64,000 bases of DNA from an uncultured Spirochaetia bacterium (GCA_937960645.1 CALGPJ010000006.1:146868-210867), one strand, 5' to 3'. Counted from the first letter of the stretch, positions 38,465 through 48,373 are shown. Program-made: numbers and translations. The notes: generated from the sequence alone by a model not told the origin.

Positions 38465-39949
38465 ATGGCTAAAAAGATCGAAAAATCACCAGAGCCAACA
38501 AAGGCAGAAAAGAATCTCAACATCGCCAGTACCATCATCCTGGCCATCATCGTAGTCACCTTCATCGCGGCCCCGACCGTTACCGGCCTACTGGGTCAGG
38601 GAGCGGTGAGCTTCGGTACCTATGCCGGCCGGTCCATCGATCACACCAACGAAAACTTTTTTGGAAACCAGGTCAGGGAACTTGCCCAATATCGATCCGA
38701 TCAGTTCCCTCCCGAGTCCCTTTGGAGGCAGGCCTTTCAAAACGCCGCTTTCCGGGTGGCCCTGCAGGTCGAAGCCGAGGAGGGGGGGCTGTTGATCAGC
38801 AATCCTTTGATCGATCATCAATTGCGTCAATTCGGTCCCTACCTCGACAACGAGGGAAATTTCAGCCCCCAACTTTTCCGAGAGACCCCCGACGCGGACA
38901 AGGCGCGATACCGCCAGGACATCCAGGAATCCTTGCTGCAATCGGAATGGCTTGCCGTTCGCATCACCGGCCCCAAAATCCCCGACTTCGTCCTGCGCAA
39001 AACGCTCGAGATTGCCTATCCCCAGCGGAAATTCGAATATGTCTCCTTCTCTGACGACGACTTCCCCACCGCAGAGGCGGCTTCCTGGGGAAAGGACAAC
39101 GCCCGGCTCTTTCAATCCATGGTATTGAGCCGAATCACCATTACCACCAGTGAAAAAGATGCTCAACAGGTTCGGGAGGAAGCCCAAAAAGGCGGGAGAA
39201 CCTTCGAGAGTCTGGCCGAGGCCTATTCCAAGGATCAATACAACCAGGTGGGCGGCAGTATGGGACGTGTCCATTATCACGAGCTGATGGGGGATTTCTC
39301 CCAACAGACAGACCTCGATGCCCTGTTCAACTTGCGAGCCGGAACCCTATCCCCCGTTTACAAGACGCCCCTGGGTTGGGCCTTCTATCGTGTCCAGGAG
39401 GATTCCAAACCCGCGAATCTCGAAGAAGAGGCTACCCAGAAAGCAGTCCGCCAGTACCTGCTCAACAACGAACGCGGCTTTGTGGAAGATTACCTCAAAA
39501 AGAAAGCCGCCGAATTTCGGGACCTGGCCCTCGGTGCCGGCTGGGATACCGCCCTAAGGCGTTTCAACAAATCCAGCACCTCGACAGAGTACGTCTCGAT
39601 CAACTTCGGAAACCACCCCTTGCTGCCGGTTTTTAACCTGGGCCAGGGCGGAGAATTGTCCAGTTTGAACAACTCGGAAGATTTTTATCGACAGGCTTTT
39701 CGTCTTGCCCCGGATCAGGTGAGCAGCCCCATCTCGGCTAACCGGCGTTTCGTTTTGTTTCGCCTCAAAGAAATCAAGGAAAAGGCTGGAGACTCGGACC
39801 CCTCCCTCGATGCCCTCGTTCAGCAGGCCAGCTTTTACCTTCCAAATCAACGGGTTCGCCAGTATCAAAACCTTTTGCTCAGTTCCTACAAATTCAAGGA
39901 TAACTTCGAAGAGGGATACCGGCAGCGGCTTCGAACCTTTCAGGAGTAG
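38465..39949 (+). CDS. PpiD/SurA-like periplasmic chaperone with a parvulin-type PPIase domain
   Basis: N-terminal TM anchor; parvulin block …FESLAEAYSKDQ…GGSMGRVHYHEL…. Confidence 0.5.
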   Translation: MAKKIEKSPEPTKAEKNLNIASTIILAIIVVTFIAAPTVTGLLGQGAVSFGTYAGRSIDHTNENFFGNQVRELAQYRSDQFPPESLWRQAFQNAAFRVALQVEAEEGGLLISNPLIDHQLRQFGPYLDNEGNFSPQLFRETPDADKARYRQDIQESLLQSEWLAVRITGPKIPDFVLRKTLEIAYPQRKFEYVSFSDDDFPTAEAASWGKDNARLFQSMVLSRITITTSEKDAQQVREEAQKGGRTFESLAEAYSKDQYNQVGGSMGRVHYHELMGDFSQQTDLDALFNLRAGTLSPVYKTPLGWAFYRVQEDSKPANLEEEATQKAVRQYLLNNERGFVEDYLKKKAAEFRDLALGAGWDTALRRFNKSSTSTEYVSINFGNHPLLPVFNLGQGGELSSLNNSEDFYRQAFRLAPDQVSSPISANRRFVLFRLKEIKEKAGDSDPSLDALVQQASFYLPNQRVRQYQNLLLSSYKFKDNFEEGYRQRLRTFQE

Positions 39950-39960
39950 GCGGTTCGGTT

Positions 39961-41376
39961 TTGTTTTACAAGGGGCGAAGGCTTCTCCCCGACGGAGACT
40001 TGAGACCTTACTTCCTACGTAAAATCCAGCAGGCTGATCTCCGGGGAGACAGCCTCATTTTTTTGACCAGCCCACTCACCGAGATTTGCTTTCAAGTCCT
40101 CCTCGAAACCCTCGACGAAAAGGCCGTGGTGGTATGGATGGAGGCCGAGGACGATTTACGTTCCTCCCTTGTCGTTCCCCGGGATCAGCGACTGATCGAA
40201 TGGCCCAAGGAAAAGGACTGCGGCGATCTGTCACTCCCCTTTCACCGATTTCGCCGGGTGATCGAGCTCAGCCTGACGGGAGGGCGCAACTTACAGGCAC
40301 GCTTCTATGCGGATCGACTTCGGGATTTGGACAACTCGTTGCGGCTCTACTGGAGAAACCGCCTGACCTGGCGCGAACTGGGTCCTCGATGGGTCTCCAA
40401 TCTCTGGAAAAACCTCCCCTGCCTGAAGATGCCCCACCCCTTGCCGCGGCCCGCTTCTCATACGGTACCCGTCGTGCTGGGGGCCGGCCCCGGAGTGGAA
40501 GATCACCTGGAGAACATCGCCAAAAATCGAGAAAACCTCTGGGTCCTCGCCTGTGACAGCATCCTTCCGGCCTGCCTCGATTGGGGTATTCGTCCCGACA
40601 TGATCGCCTGCCTCGAAGCACAACACCATAACCTGAAAGACTTCGCCTCGGCCGTGGATAGTGGCCTGGGAGTTTTTCTGGACCTGAGCGCCCACCCTTC
40701 ACAAAAAGAGGTCACCGGCGGTCCGGTTTACTGGACCCTGACGGAGTTTGCGCCCCTTCGGATTTTCGATCGATTACGGCAATTTAACCTTTTCGTGATG
40801 AAGCTGCCGGCTCTGGGCTCGGTGGGCAATTATGCCTTGCAAATCGCCCTGGAGCTCTGGGAGGGGTCTGTTTTGGTGGCTGGTTTGGACTTCCGCTTCC
40901 CCCTTGGCAAGACCCACGCCCGAGGCAGCGCCCACCATCGCCACCTCTTATCCCGATCGAACCGCCTCACCCCCGCCGAGACCTTTGGTTTGACCTATCC
41001 CGGCCGAGCAATCTCTCCTCCAGGCTGGCGGACCACCCCAAACCTGGAGGAGTATCGGAACTTGTTTTTTCAACAGGGACAGGGGCGTGTGATCCCATTT
41101 TCTTTAGAAAATCTATCGCACGCCACCTCCGTATGGAAGAATTATCACCCCTGGGACTCGTCAGAAGGAAAACCCTTGAGTGGGTTTCTCGAAGAAATCC
41201 AGCAAGACGTCCTCAAACTCCGTGACCAACTCCTGCAGGAAAGTCCTGACCTTAAATTATTACACGATCTGGATTTCCTTTGGTTCTGGGATGCCTCTTA
41301 CCCTGACCCCCTCCTGACAAAAGGTTTTTTGAGGTGGCTTTTGACGGAGATACGTCGTTTTTTAAAAGAAGTTTAA
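39961..41376 (+). CDS. MptE-like / DUF115 (motility-accessory-factor-type) domain protein
   Basis: Central block VVLGAGPGVEDHL…LWVLACDSIL…IACLEAQH resembles the PF01973 core. Confidence 0.4.
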   Translation: MFYKGRRLLPDGDLRPYFLRKIQQADLRGDSLIFLTSPLTEICFQVLLETLDEKAVVVWMEAEDDLRSSLVVPRDQRLIEWPKEKDCGDLSLPFHRFRRVIELSLTGGRNLQARFYADRLRDLDNSLRLYWRNRLTWRELGPRWVSNLWKNLPCLKMPHPLPRPASHTVPVVLGAGPGVEDHLENIAKNRENLWVLACDSILPACLDWGIRPDMIACLEAQHHNLKDFASAVDSGLGVFLDLSAHPSQKEVTGGPVYWTLTEFAPLRIFDRLRQFNLFVMKLPALGSVGNYALQIALELWEGSVLVAGLDFRFPLGKTHARGSAHHRHLLSRSNRLTPAETFGLTYPGRAISPPGWRTTPNLEEYRNLFFQQGQGRVIPFSLENLSHATSVWKNYHPWDSSEGKPLSGFLEEIQQDVLKLRDQLLQESPDLKLLHDLDFLWFWDASYPDPLLTKGFLRWLLTEIRRFLKEV

Positions 41377-41434
41377 TCACAATCTGACAGAATCCTAACA
41401 TATTTTGTAGATTGTATCACACAGGAGGCCGAGA

Positions 41435-42550
41435 GTGTCACGTCGAGACTCCCTCTTGTTTTTCTTGTTTCTCGCGGGCCTTGTATTTGCCCAGACGTCC
41501 GGACCCACACAAAAAATCGGTTTAGCCTTCGCTTCAGGCGGTCGTGGTGATCGTTGTGACAACGATCTTGCGTATGAGGGGCTGATAGAAATCGCCAAAA
41601 ACTTCAATGGTTACTTCACCACATCCGCGGATCCCAGGCATGGCGGAGAATTGGAGATCAAATACCTGACCCCCTCCCAGGATACACCCCAGGAAAGACT
41701 CCGAGTGTTGCGCCAACTCGGACAGGAAGGGTATCGACTTGTCTTCGCGGTGGGCTTTCTCTTTAGCGACGTCTTGCCTGTGGCCGCACAAGAGTATCCC
41801 AACACTCATTTCGTATTGATCGACGGTTACCTGGCCGGTGTTCAACCGCAGGACAACATCACCGTTGTGGATTTCAGGGTGCACGAGGGCTCCTTCCTGG
41901 CCGGTATGATTGCGGGATTGAAAACCGAAGGGAACAAGGTTGGCTTTATCGGAGGAATGAACACAGAACGTATTCAAAGGTACGAGTCCGGATTTCGAGC
42001 CGGCGCCGTTTATGCCAATCCCATGCTCAAGAGACCAGGTCAATTTCTTGTGGAGTACATCGGGGACGATCCCCGTGCGTTCAACAACCCCAACCGTGCC
42101 TACCGAATCGCACAGCGGATGTATCGTGCGGGTGCCGGTGTCGTTTTCCATGTTGCAGGGGCGTCGGGAATGGGGGTTTTCCGGGCAGCCAAGGAGTCGC
42201 AGCGGTGGGCCATCGGTTCGGGTTCTGACCAGGGTGCGGTGCTTGCCTTCGACAGGAATCCACAAATCCTGGAACAGGCCAGGTGGGTCTTGACCTCCAT
42301 GCTCAAGCGTATCGATCGCTCTATATTTTTAATGACGAGAGATTTCCTCCTCAAAGGTAGAATAGCGGATCGTTACCATATTCTTGGCTTTAATGCTGAT
42401 TCCGTCGGTTTTGCTGTTAACCAACTGAACAAAGATCTATTGGGACAGGCGCTCATTCAACAAATCATCAATACACGAATCAGGATCATGGATCAAGAAA
42501 TCATCGTTCCCGCCAACTATCGGGAACTGGAACAATTTTTAAGGAATTAA
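41435..42550 (+). CDS. BMP-family (PnrA/TmpC-like) ABC substrate-binding protein
   Basis: KIGLAFASGG…GFLFSDVL…GFIGGM… pattern of basic membrane proteins; SPase-I-type signal peptide. Confidence 0.75.
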   Translation: MSRRDSLLFFLFLAGLVFAQTSGPTQKIGLAFASGGRGDRCDNDLAYEGLIEIAKNFNGYFTTSADPRHGGELEIKYLTPSQDTPQERLRVLRQLGQEGYRLVFAVGFLFSDVLPVAAQEYPNTHFVLIDGYLAGVQPQDNITVVDFRVHEGSFLAGMIAGLKTEGNKVGFIGGMNTERIQRYESGFRAGAVYANPMLKRPGQFLVEYIGDDPRAFNNPNRAYRIAQRMYRAGAGVVFHVAGASGMGVFRAAKESQRWAIGSGSDQGAVLAFDRNPQILEQARWVLTSMLKRIDRSIFLMTRDFLLKGRIADRYHILGFNADSVGFAVNQLNKDLLGQALIQQIINTRIRIMDQEIIVPANYRELEQFLRN

Positions 42551-42560
42551 AGGAATTGAT

Positions 42561-44414
42561 ATGAAAATCGGCCCTAAACTTATTTTGACACTTTTTATCG
42601 TAATCACCCTGGGAAGTGTCGCACAGGTGGCCTACCGATTCATCGTGGACCGCAACCAATTGGAACTCGAGTTGCAGACTCAGGCCGATAACGCAATGAA
42701 AAGAATCCTGAACGGTTTGGCCCAGCCAATCTGGAACTTCGATACCTCCATGATCGAAACCATCATGAGGCTGGAATTAGCCGATTTTAATCTTCAGGCC
42801 ATCCAGATGACCAACAGTCTCGGAAAACTCACGCATTTTTTGGGGCGCCGAAAAAACAACATCCAGGTTCAAGATTTGGTCCTTGCGGATCCCTCGGTCC
42901 GACAGGGGATCATCGACAGCGCCTATCTCACCCTCACCGAGAAATTGGAATACGATGGCTATTTTCTTGGCAACGTCACCCTCTATTACACCAACGAAAT
43001 TATCAACCGGAAGACCTGGAATCAGGCATTTTCTTTGATTTTTCAATCTCTGGTGGTGGCATTGGTCCTGATGCTCGTCCTTTGGTATGCATTGCAGAAG
43101 ATCATCGTCGAGCCTATCGTGGAGCTGACCACCGTGGTACTCAAAATATTCAAAAACGGCGATCTTTCCATTCGTTCCCCTATTCGATCTAAAGATGAAA
43201 TCGGAATTCTTTCCAAGCAGTACAATAAAATGTTGGAAATCATCGAAGAACATACCAAAAACCTGGAAAACAAGGTCTCGGAGAGGACCCGAGATCTGGC
43301 AGCGGCCAATACAGTGCTCAAACAACAAAAAGACGAGATCGATCGAAACCTTCAGATGGCCCAAAAAATCCAGCTCAACCTCATTCCCAACGAAAAAACC
43401 TATCCCACTCGCCAGGAACTGCACTTCAACGGCCTTTACAAGGCCATGGACGCTATCGGCGGGGATATTTTCGATGTCATCCGTTGCGGAAGAAACTCCT
43501 ACGGCATTTTGATGGCCGACGTATCGGGACATGGAATACCCGCGGCCCTCGTCACGGCCATGGCCAAGGTAAGTTTCAACACCCACGCCCAACAGTACGG
43601 CATCCGCACCTCGGAAGTTTGCTCTCGAGTCAACAAGGATATTACCCAACTTCTAGGCAATGATTTCAGTCACTATCTCACGGCCTTTTTTGGAATCATC
43701 GATTTGGAGAAGAGGACCTTCAACTACACCAACTGTGGTCACCACCCCGCCCTTCTGATCCGAAACGAGACAATTCTCTCGTTGGGAAGTCCCGGGCCCT
43801 TCATTGGTTTCATTGAAAACGCCACATTCTACGACGAGTCGATCGAGCTCCAGGAAGAGGATCGATTGATCCTTTTCACGGACGGCATCGTAGAAGCGAA
43901 GAACGAAAAAGGTGATTTGTACGACACTCCCCGCCTGATCAATCTTTGCCGAACCCATGCCAAAAGCTCGTCCAAAGAACTCATTCAGGCTGTGCTCAAC
44001 GATCTGAAAAGTTTTTGTGGAGAGATGGAAGCTGACGATGATCGGGCTGTTCTCATCGTGGACTATTTGCGAGATCAGACCAGTAAAGAGCAGGAGCTGG
44101 ATTTCCAGGGAGGCAAAATTTTCAAATCAGAAAAGAAAGAGATCAAGGTCCACCTCCAGGAGGCGGTCCTCCTGGCACGCCAGGGCCACCTTCCCGAAGC
44201 GCTCAACCTCCTCGAGGAACTTTACGAGTCCCATCCCTCGAATGTGAAGGTCGTCATCAACCTGAGTCTGGTACTGTACAAAACCGGCAACTCCGAGAGA
44301 GCTCTCTCGATTCTCAAAAAGGCGTACGATGAGAACAAGGACAGCGCCGTTAAGGAGTTTATGGAGCGGCTTGAAGCGAGAATTCAGAGCGGAAACGTCA
44401 ATTACGTCGATTGA
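42561..44414 (+). CDS. Membrane sensor with HAMP domain, PP2C/SpoIIE-type phosphatase domain and C-terminal TPR
   Basis: TM – periplasmic region – TM – HAMP (IVEPIVELTTVV…) – SpoIIE motifs (GGDIFDV, ADVSGHG, FTDGIVEA) – TPR. Confidence 0.8.
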   Translation: MKIGPKLILTLFIVITLGSVAQVAYRFIVDRNQLELELQTQADNAMKRILNGLAQPIWNFDTSMIETIMRLELADFNLQAIQMTNSLGKLTHFLGRRKNNIQVQDLVLADPSVRQGIIDSAYLTLTEKLEYDGYFLGNVTLYYTNEIINRKTWNQAFSLIFQSLVVALVLMLVLWYALQKIIVEPIVELTTVVLKIFKNGDLSIRSPIRSKDEIGILSKQYNKMLEIIEEHTKNLENKVSERTRDLAAANTVLKQQKDEIDRNLQMAQKIQLNLIPNEKTYPTRQELHFNGLYKAMDAIGGDIFDVIRCGRNSYGILMADVSGHGIPAALVTAMAKVSFNTHAQQYGIRTSEVCSRVNKDITQLLGNDFSHYLTAFFGIIDLEKRTFNYTNCGHHPALLIRNETILSLGSPGPFIGFIENATFYDESIELQEEDRLILFTDGIVEAKNEKGDLYDTPRLINLCRTHAKSSSKELIQAVLNDLKSFCGEMEADDDRAVLIVDYLRDQTSKEQELDFQGGKIFKSEKKEIKVHLQEAVLLARQGHLPEALNLLEELYESHPSNVKVVINLSLVLYKTGNSERALSILKKAYDENKDSAVKEFMERLEARIQSGNVNYVD

Positions 44415-44423
44415 AAATCGGTA

Positions 44424-44497
44424 TGGAGATAAGGGGATTCGAACCCCTGACCTACTGATTGCGAACCAGTCGCTCTAGCCAACTGAGCTATATCCCC
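44424..44497 (-). tRNA. tRNA-Ala (anticodon CGC)
   Basis: Cloverleaf folded by hand: acceptor GGGGATA/TATCTCC with the G3:U70 Ala identity pair, anticodon loop TTCGCAA, T-loop GGTTCGAATCC; CCA is not encoded. Confidence 0.85.
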
Positions 44498-44509
44498 GAC
44501 AACATTACT

Positions 44510-44722
44510 TTAGGCTAACCAGCCGCCTTTGTCCAGTTCCCTTTCGCTTTTACGGGCGGGTTTTCTTTGGTAGACAGGACAATGGTGTCCCGTAGCAAGA
44601 AAAACTTCCTGTGAGGGGTAGCGGGCCGATTTGATTTCGAATTGAAGACAGGCATAGGGCAGGCTGGGGTCACCGGTGATCTTGAAAAAAATGCAGGTCC
44701 GGCAATCAGGAGCCTTGTTCAA
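44510..44722 (-). CDS. Small Cys/His-containing protein (possible metal-binding), co-transcribed with the CDF transporter
   Basis: C-x2-C …C… HHCP pattern in 70 aa; 4-bp overlap with the CDF gene stop. Confidence 0.3.
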   Translation of the reverse strand: MNKAPDCRTCIFFKITGDPSLPYACLQFEIKSARYPSQEVFLATGHHCPVYQRKPARKSERELDKGGWLA

Positions 44723-45648
44723 ATCTCCCTCCGGCTAAGACCATACCGTTCCCCCTCCTCCGAATTATTCCTTGGCTCGAGGTGGAGCATGATGTCATAG
44801 ACCTGAGGCAGAGCCTTTTTGATTGCCGATTCGATCGAGCAACCAAGCCGATGAGCCTCTTCGAGCCTCATTTTCCCTTCCATTTCAACGTCGAGATCGA
44901 TGAGATAACGATCTGCAAACCGGCGAATCCGGACACGATGGGGATTGTACGCTCCCTCAACCGACTCGACCGCGTCAAACACCTTCTGGTAAAGTTCCGG
45001 CTGTTTGAGCCCATCCATCAATTCCAAATTGGTCTTGTTGAATCCATGGATCGAATGGGCGATGATCCAAATACCGACAATTCCTGCCATAGCGGCATCG
45101 ATAGCACTGTTTTGGAGAAAGAACGAGAGGCCGACCCCGACCATGACGGAGAAACTGATCATTACATCGTTGGCCATATTCTCGGCGTTGGTCGTCAACA
45201 TCAGACTATTTTCGTTTTTCCCGGTGCGGCGCTGGTAGAAAGCCAACAGCACCTTGATCACGATGTTGATCGACAGGACGACGATTCCCAGGGGACTGGG
45301 GGGAACATTGTCCTTTTGATTCAGCAGGGATTCCACCGCCTTGATCAACAACTGTGTCCCCATAAAAAACATGAAAAAATTGATGAACTTCGATGCCAGG
45401 GTGTCAGCACGGTCATGGCCCCAGGGATGGTCTTTATCAGGAGGTTTCTGAAGCCAATGGGCTGCAATCAACAAGACCCCCGTTGCCAGCACGTCACCCA
45501 GGCTGTCCAGTCCATCTCCGAGGATCCCGAGGCTGTGGAACATCAGACCACTGACAATCTTTAACGTTGCAAGAAGGGCATTGACAAAAAATACCCAAAG
45601 AGTTGCCCGAAATATGTCTCGATATCGCTGGGTTGCCGAGGAGGTCAT
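44719..45648 (-). CDS. Cation diffusion facilitator family transporter
   Basis: 6 TM helices with HSLGILGDGLDSLGD and HW…D motifs; C-terminal cytoplasmic CTD. The start was chosen at MTSSATQ so that it does not overlap the divergent gene. Confidence 0.8.
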   Translation of the reverse strand: MTSSATQRYRDIFRATLWVFFVNALLATLKIVSGLMFHSLGILGDGLDSLGDVLATGVLLIAAHWLQKPPDKDHPWGHDRADTLASKFINFFMFFMGTQLLIKAVESLLNQKDNVPPSPLGIVVLSINIVIKVLLAFYQRRTGKNENSLMLTTNAENMANDVMISFSVMVGVGLSFFLQNSAIDAAMAGIVGIWIIAHSIHGFNKTNLELMDGLKQPELYQKVFDAVESVEGAYNPHRVRIRRFADRYLIDLDVEMEGKMRLEEAHRLGCSIESAIKKALPQVYDIMLHLEPRNNSEEGERYGLSRREI

Positions 45649-45694
45649 TACATCAATATATTGTCTTATTGTTTTTTTCTTCAAGGGGGAAAAT

Positions 45695-46489
45695 ATGCGA
45701 TTGACGCTCATGTTTTTGATTTTGTCAAACTTTGTAGCATTTGCCCAACCCCGTCTTATGGCTATCCTGGGCTCCGAGACCGAATTATTGCAAATCTTTC
45801 CCGCGGAAGAAAAACTGACCTATCGAACCGATCAGTTTGTTCAGTCGACGAACCAGCGAAGACAGTTTGAAGGTACCATCGAGACCACTCGGCAACAAAA
45901 TACATTGCGTCAGCTTGCGTCGAATCCCAACAGCTCAACGACCCTAAGCCTCGAGGGAACAGTGCGTTTCGGATCTGTCGAAAATCGATTTCGAGACCCG
46001 GAGGCGGTCAAACGTTTGGGCTACGATCGAATCGTCACCCGACTCTCCGGCCGTGAACTGCGATCTCAAAAGTTCGAAAACGGTCGAGAAGTAGGCAACC
46101 ACAGGTGGCAAATGGAGAATAACGCCGTGGATGGTGACATGATCGCGATTTTGCTTCGTACGTTGTCGTCACGACCGAGTATTCAAACCTTCCTTGCTCA
46201 GGTTTTCACCAAATGGGACGGCGGCAATTACGAAATGCAGTTTACCCGTGAAAAACTCAAAACTGTCATCGAGCGGGAACGGCAAACTCCCTTTCCCGCA
46301 GCTATGCGCCGTTTTCTAAACCAATTTCCGGACGCCGTTTCCTGGTCCATGGGCCTGACCGGTCCCGCGGCCTTGTTTTTTCCTCATAAATTTTATTTCG
46401 TTTTTGAAGAATCCGCGCCGCACCGCTTGCTGGGAACCTGGGGAGGACCACCCGAACGCTCCAGTTTCACGTGGCTGGTTTCACCATAA
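45695..46489 (+). CDS. Secreted hypothetical protein
   Basis: Signal peptide MRLTLMFLILSNFVAFA|QP; no recognisable domain. Confidence 0.35.
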   Translation: MRLTLMFLILSNFVAFAQPRLMAILGSETELLQIFPAEEKLTYRTDQFVQSTNQRRQFEGTIETTRQQNTLRQLASNPNSSTTLSLEGTVRFGSVENRFRDPEAVKRLGYDRIVTRLSGRELRSQKFENGREVGNHRWQMENNAVDGDMIAILLRTLSSRPSIQTFLAQVFTKWDGGNYEMQFTREKLKTVIERERQTPFPAAMRRFLNQFPDAVSWSMGLTGPAALFFPHKFYFVFEESAPHRLLGTWGGPPERSSFTWLVSP

Positions 46490-46534
46490 AGCCCCGAATA
46501 CAACTTGACATTGGACATCACCGTCATGAGGGTC

Positions 46535-46563
46535 TTGATATTCGCCTTCCGTTCGTCTATACT
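46535..46563 (+). promoter_or_regulatory. Putative sigma70-type promoter of the infC operon (TTGATA-N17-TATACT), with RBS AGGAGG at 46584-46589
   Basis: Hexamers and spacing read directly from the sequence, about 30 nt upstream of the infC ATG. Confidence 0.35.
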
Positions 46564-46592
46564 CGAGTTTATATTATTTTTTCAGGAGGTAT

Positions 46593-47111
46593 ATGACACC
46601 TAAGGACCTTCGTGTAAATGAAATGATACGCGTAAGAGAAGTTCGATTGGTTTCCGACGACGGTGTTCAGCAAATTCTTTCGACGGCCGAGGCCCTGAGA
46701 ATGGCTCGGGAGATCGGTCTCGATCTCGTCGAAGTCTCGCCGAATGCGGTACCTCCCGTATGCAAGATCCTGGATTTTGGTAAGTATCGTTTTGATTTGG
46801 AAAAGAAATCACGTGAATCCAAAAAAAAGCAAAAGGTCACCAAGATCAAAGAAGTGCGAATGCAGCCCAAGATCGACAAGCACGATCTCGAGGTGAAAGT
46901 GAAGCAGATCATCGATTTTTTACAGGAGGGTAACAAGGTTAAGGTCGCTATCCGATTTCGGGGAAGGGAGTTGGCCCACGTCGACTATCTTGGAAAAATG
47001 GTGATGGACAAGCTCCTGGAGCACCTCGGTGAGGTCTGCAACATCGATTCACCCCCAAAAATGGAAGGCAGGTCCTTGTTCATGATTCTTTCTTTAAAGA
47101 AAAAGACATAA
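46593..47111 (+). CDS. infC: Translation initiation factor IF-3
   Basis: EVRLV.DDG…LDLVEVSP…PPVCKI… family match. Confidence 0.9.
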   Translation: MTPKDLRVNEMIRVREVRLVSDDGVQQILSTAEALRMAREIGLDLVEVSPNAVPPVCKILDFGKYRFDLEKKSRESKKKQKVTKIKEVRMQPKIDKHDLEVKVKQIIDFLQEGNKVKVAIRFRGRELAHVDYLGKMVMDKLLEHLGEVCNIDSPPKMEGRSLFMILSLKKKT

Positions 47112-47135
47112 ACTTTTGTTTCAAGGAGTGGCTCT

Positions 47136-47336
47136 ATGCCTAAAATGAAGACCCGGCGCGCCGCCGCCAAACGTTATTCCCTGACGGGGAATGGGAAGGT
47201 TAAATATAAGAAAAAGGGACTCCGGCACATCCTGACCAAAAAAAGCGGGAATCGTAAGCGAAAACTGGGAAAACCGGGAATCCTGAGTCCTGTGGAAACC
47301 AAGCGGATCAAGATTTTATTACCCTACTTGAATTGA
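47136..47336 (+). CDS. rpmI: 50S ribosomal protein L35
   Basis: [13 protein letters not shown]…. Confidence 0.9.
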   Translation: MPKMKTRRAAAKRYSLTGNGKVKYKKKGLRHILTKKSGNRKRKLGKPGILSPVETKRIKILLPYLN

Positions 47337-47355
47337 AACCGATAAGGAGCGAACA

Positions 47356-47721
47356 ATGCCGCGCGCAGTAGATGGAACGAGGCGTTCTGACCGACGCCGC
47401 AAAATCCTTAAAATGGCCAAAGGCTTCAAAAGCCGAAGGAAGAACGTCTTTCGAACAGCCAAAGATGCAGTCCGAAAGTCCTTGCAATATGCCTACCGAG
47501 ACCGCCGACAGAAGAAACGCGACTTCCGACGTCTGTGGATTACCCGACTTTCCGCGGCCCTCAGACCCTTTGACCTCAGCTACAGCAAGTTCATCCATGG
47601 TTTGAAGCTGGCCAACGTCAGCCTGGATCGGCTTTCCCTCTCCAACATGGCCATCGAGGACAGCCAAGCGTTTTCGGAAGTGGTCAATCTTGCCAAAAAG
47701 TCCCTGGGAGTGATTGCTTGA
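47356..47721 (+). CDS. rplT: 50S ribosomal protein L20
   Basis: MPRAV…RRRKILKMAKGF…. Confidence 0.9.
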   Translation: MPRAVDGTRRSDRRRKILKMAKGFKSRRKNVFRTAKDAVRKSLQYAYRDRRQKKRDFRRLWITRLSAALRPFDLSYSKFIHGLKLANVSLDRLSLSNMAIEDSQAFSEVVNLAKKSLGVIA

Positions 47722-48092
47722 TGGCAAGCGAAAACATTCAATTGCTGGACCAGAAAATCAAGTCAGCCGTGAACCTGATCCAGCAATTGCGTCAGGAAAA
47801 CATCATTCTCAGGAAAAAACTGGGAGAATACGAGTCCCGAATTGCGGAGCTGGAAGAGGTTCTTTACAGTTTGAAAAGTAACCAGAAAGCCATCGAAGAT
47901 GGGTTACTCCAGGCCATCCACGAATTGGACAAACTCGATACCGAACCCTCGGCCGCATCTTGGGAATCTTCACCGATTTCCGAAAAGACTCAGGACAGGG
48001 GGGCGGCACCCAGCCTTATCGCAAGCGAAGAAAATCAGGACAGCCATTCCCCCCCTGATTCGCATAAGGACCCGGGCCTGGACATCTTTTGA
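47718..48092 (+). CDS. ZapB-like coiled-coil cell-division protein (tentative)
   Basis: Leucine-zipper-like N-terminal half (LLDQKIKSAVNLIQQLRQENIILRKKLGEYESRIAELEE); the start overlaps the rplT stop. Confidence 0.3.
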   Translation: MMASENIQLLDQKIKSAVNLIQQLRQENIILRKKLGEYESRIAELEEVLYSLKSNQKAIEDGLLQAIHELDKLDTEPSAASWESSPISEKTQDRGAAPSLIASEENQDSHSPPDSHKDPGLDIF

Positions 48093-48093
48093 C

Positions 48094-48360
48094 ATGAGCG
48101 AGGTACCTTTTCATGTTTTGGGAGTGAGCTTCAAACTCCAGACAGACGAGGACCCGCAAAAACTACTCGATGCCATCCGCTATCTTCAACAAAAAATCGA
48201 CGAGACCCGAATGAACTTCGGCCTCAGCAGTGCCCTCGAAATTGCCTTGATTGCCGGTCTGAAATTGGCGGAAGAAGTTCAAATGGTGCGCCCCAAATCT
48301 GACCAGGATATCGAGAAATGGACAAAACTCCTTATTGACCGCATCGATGAAGTGCTTTAG
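48094..48360 (+). CDS. zapA: Cell division protein ZapA
   Basis: Size and pattern (…VLGVSFKLQTDEDPQKLLDAIRYLQQKI…) typical of ZapA; begins 1 nt after the preceding stop. Confidence 0.6.
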   Translation: MSEVPFHVLGVSFKLQTDEDPQKLLDAIRYLQQKIDETRMNFGLSSALEIALIAGLKLAEEVQMVRPKSDQDIEKWTKLLIDRIDEVL

Positions 48361-48373
48361 TCTTTAGCTCAGA

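Noticed and set aside
44414-44510. Integrated mobile element at the tRNA-Ala gene
   Set aside because: No integrase, no duplicated tRNA 3' end and no compositional break; the flanking genes are ordinary chromosomal genes.
48361-48373. 6S RNA (ssrS) downstream of zapA as in E. coli
   Set aside because: Only a 13-nt gap before the PilZ gene; no room for an RNA of about 180 nt.
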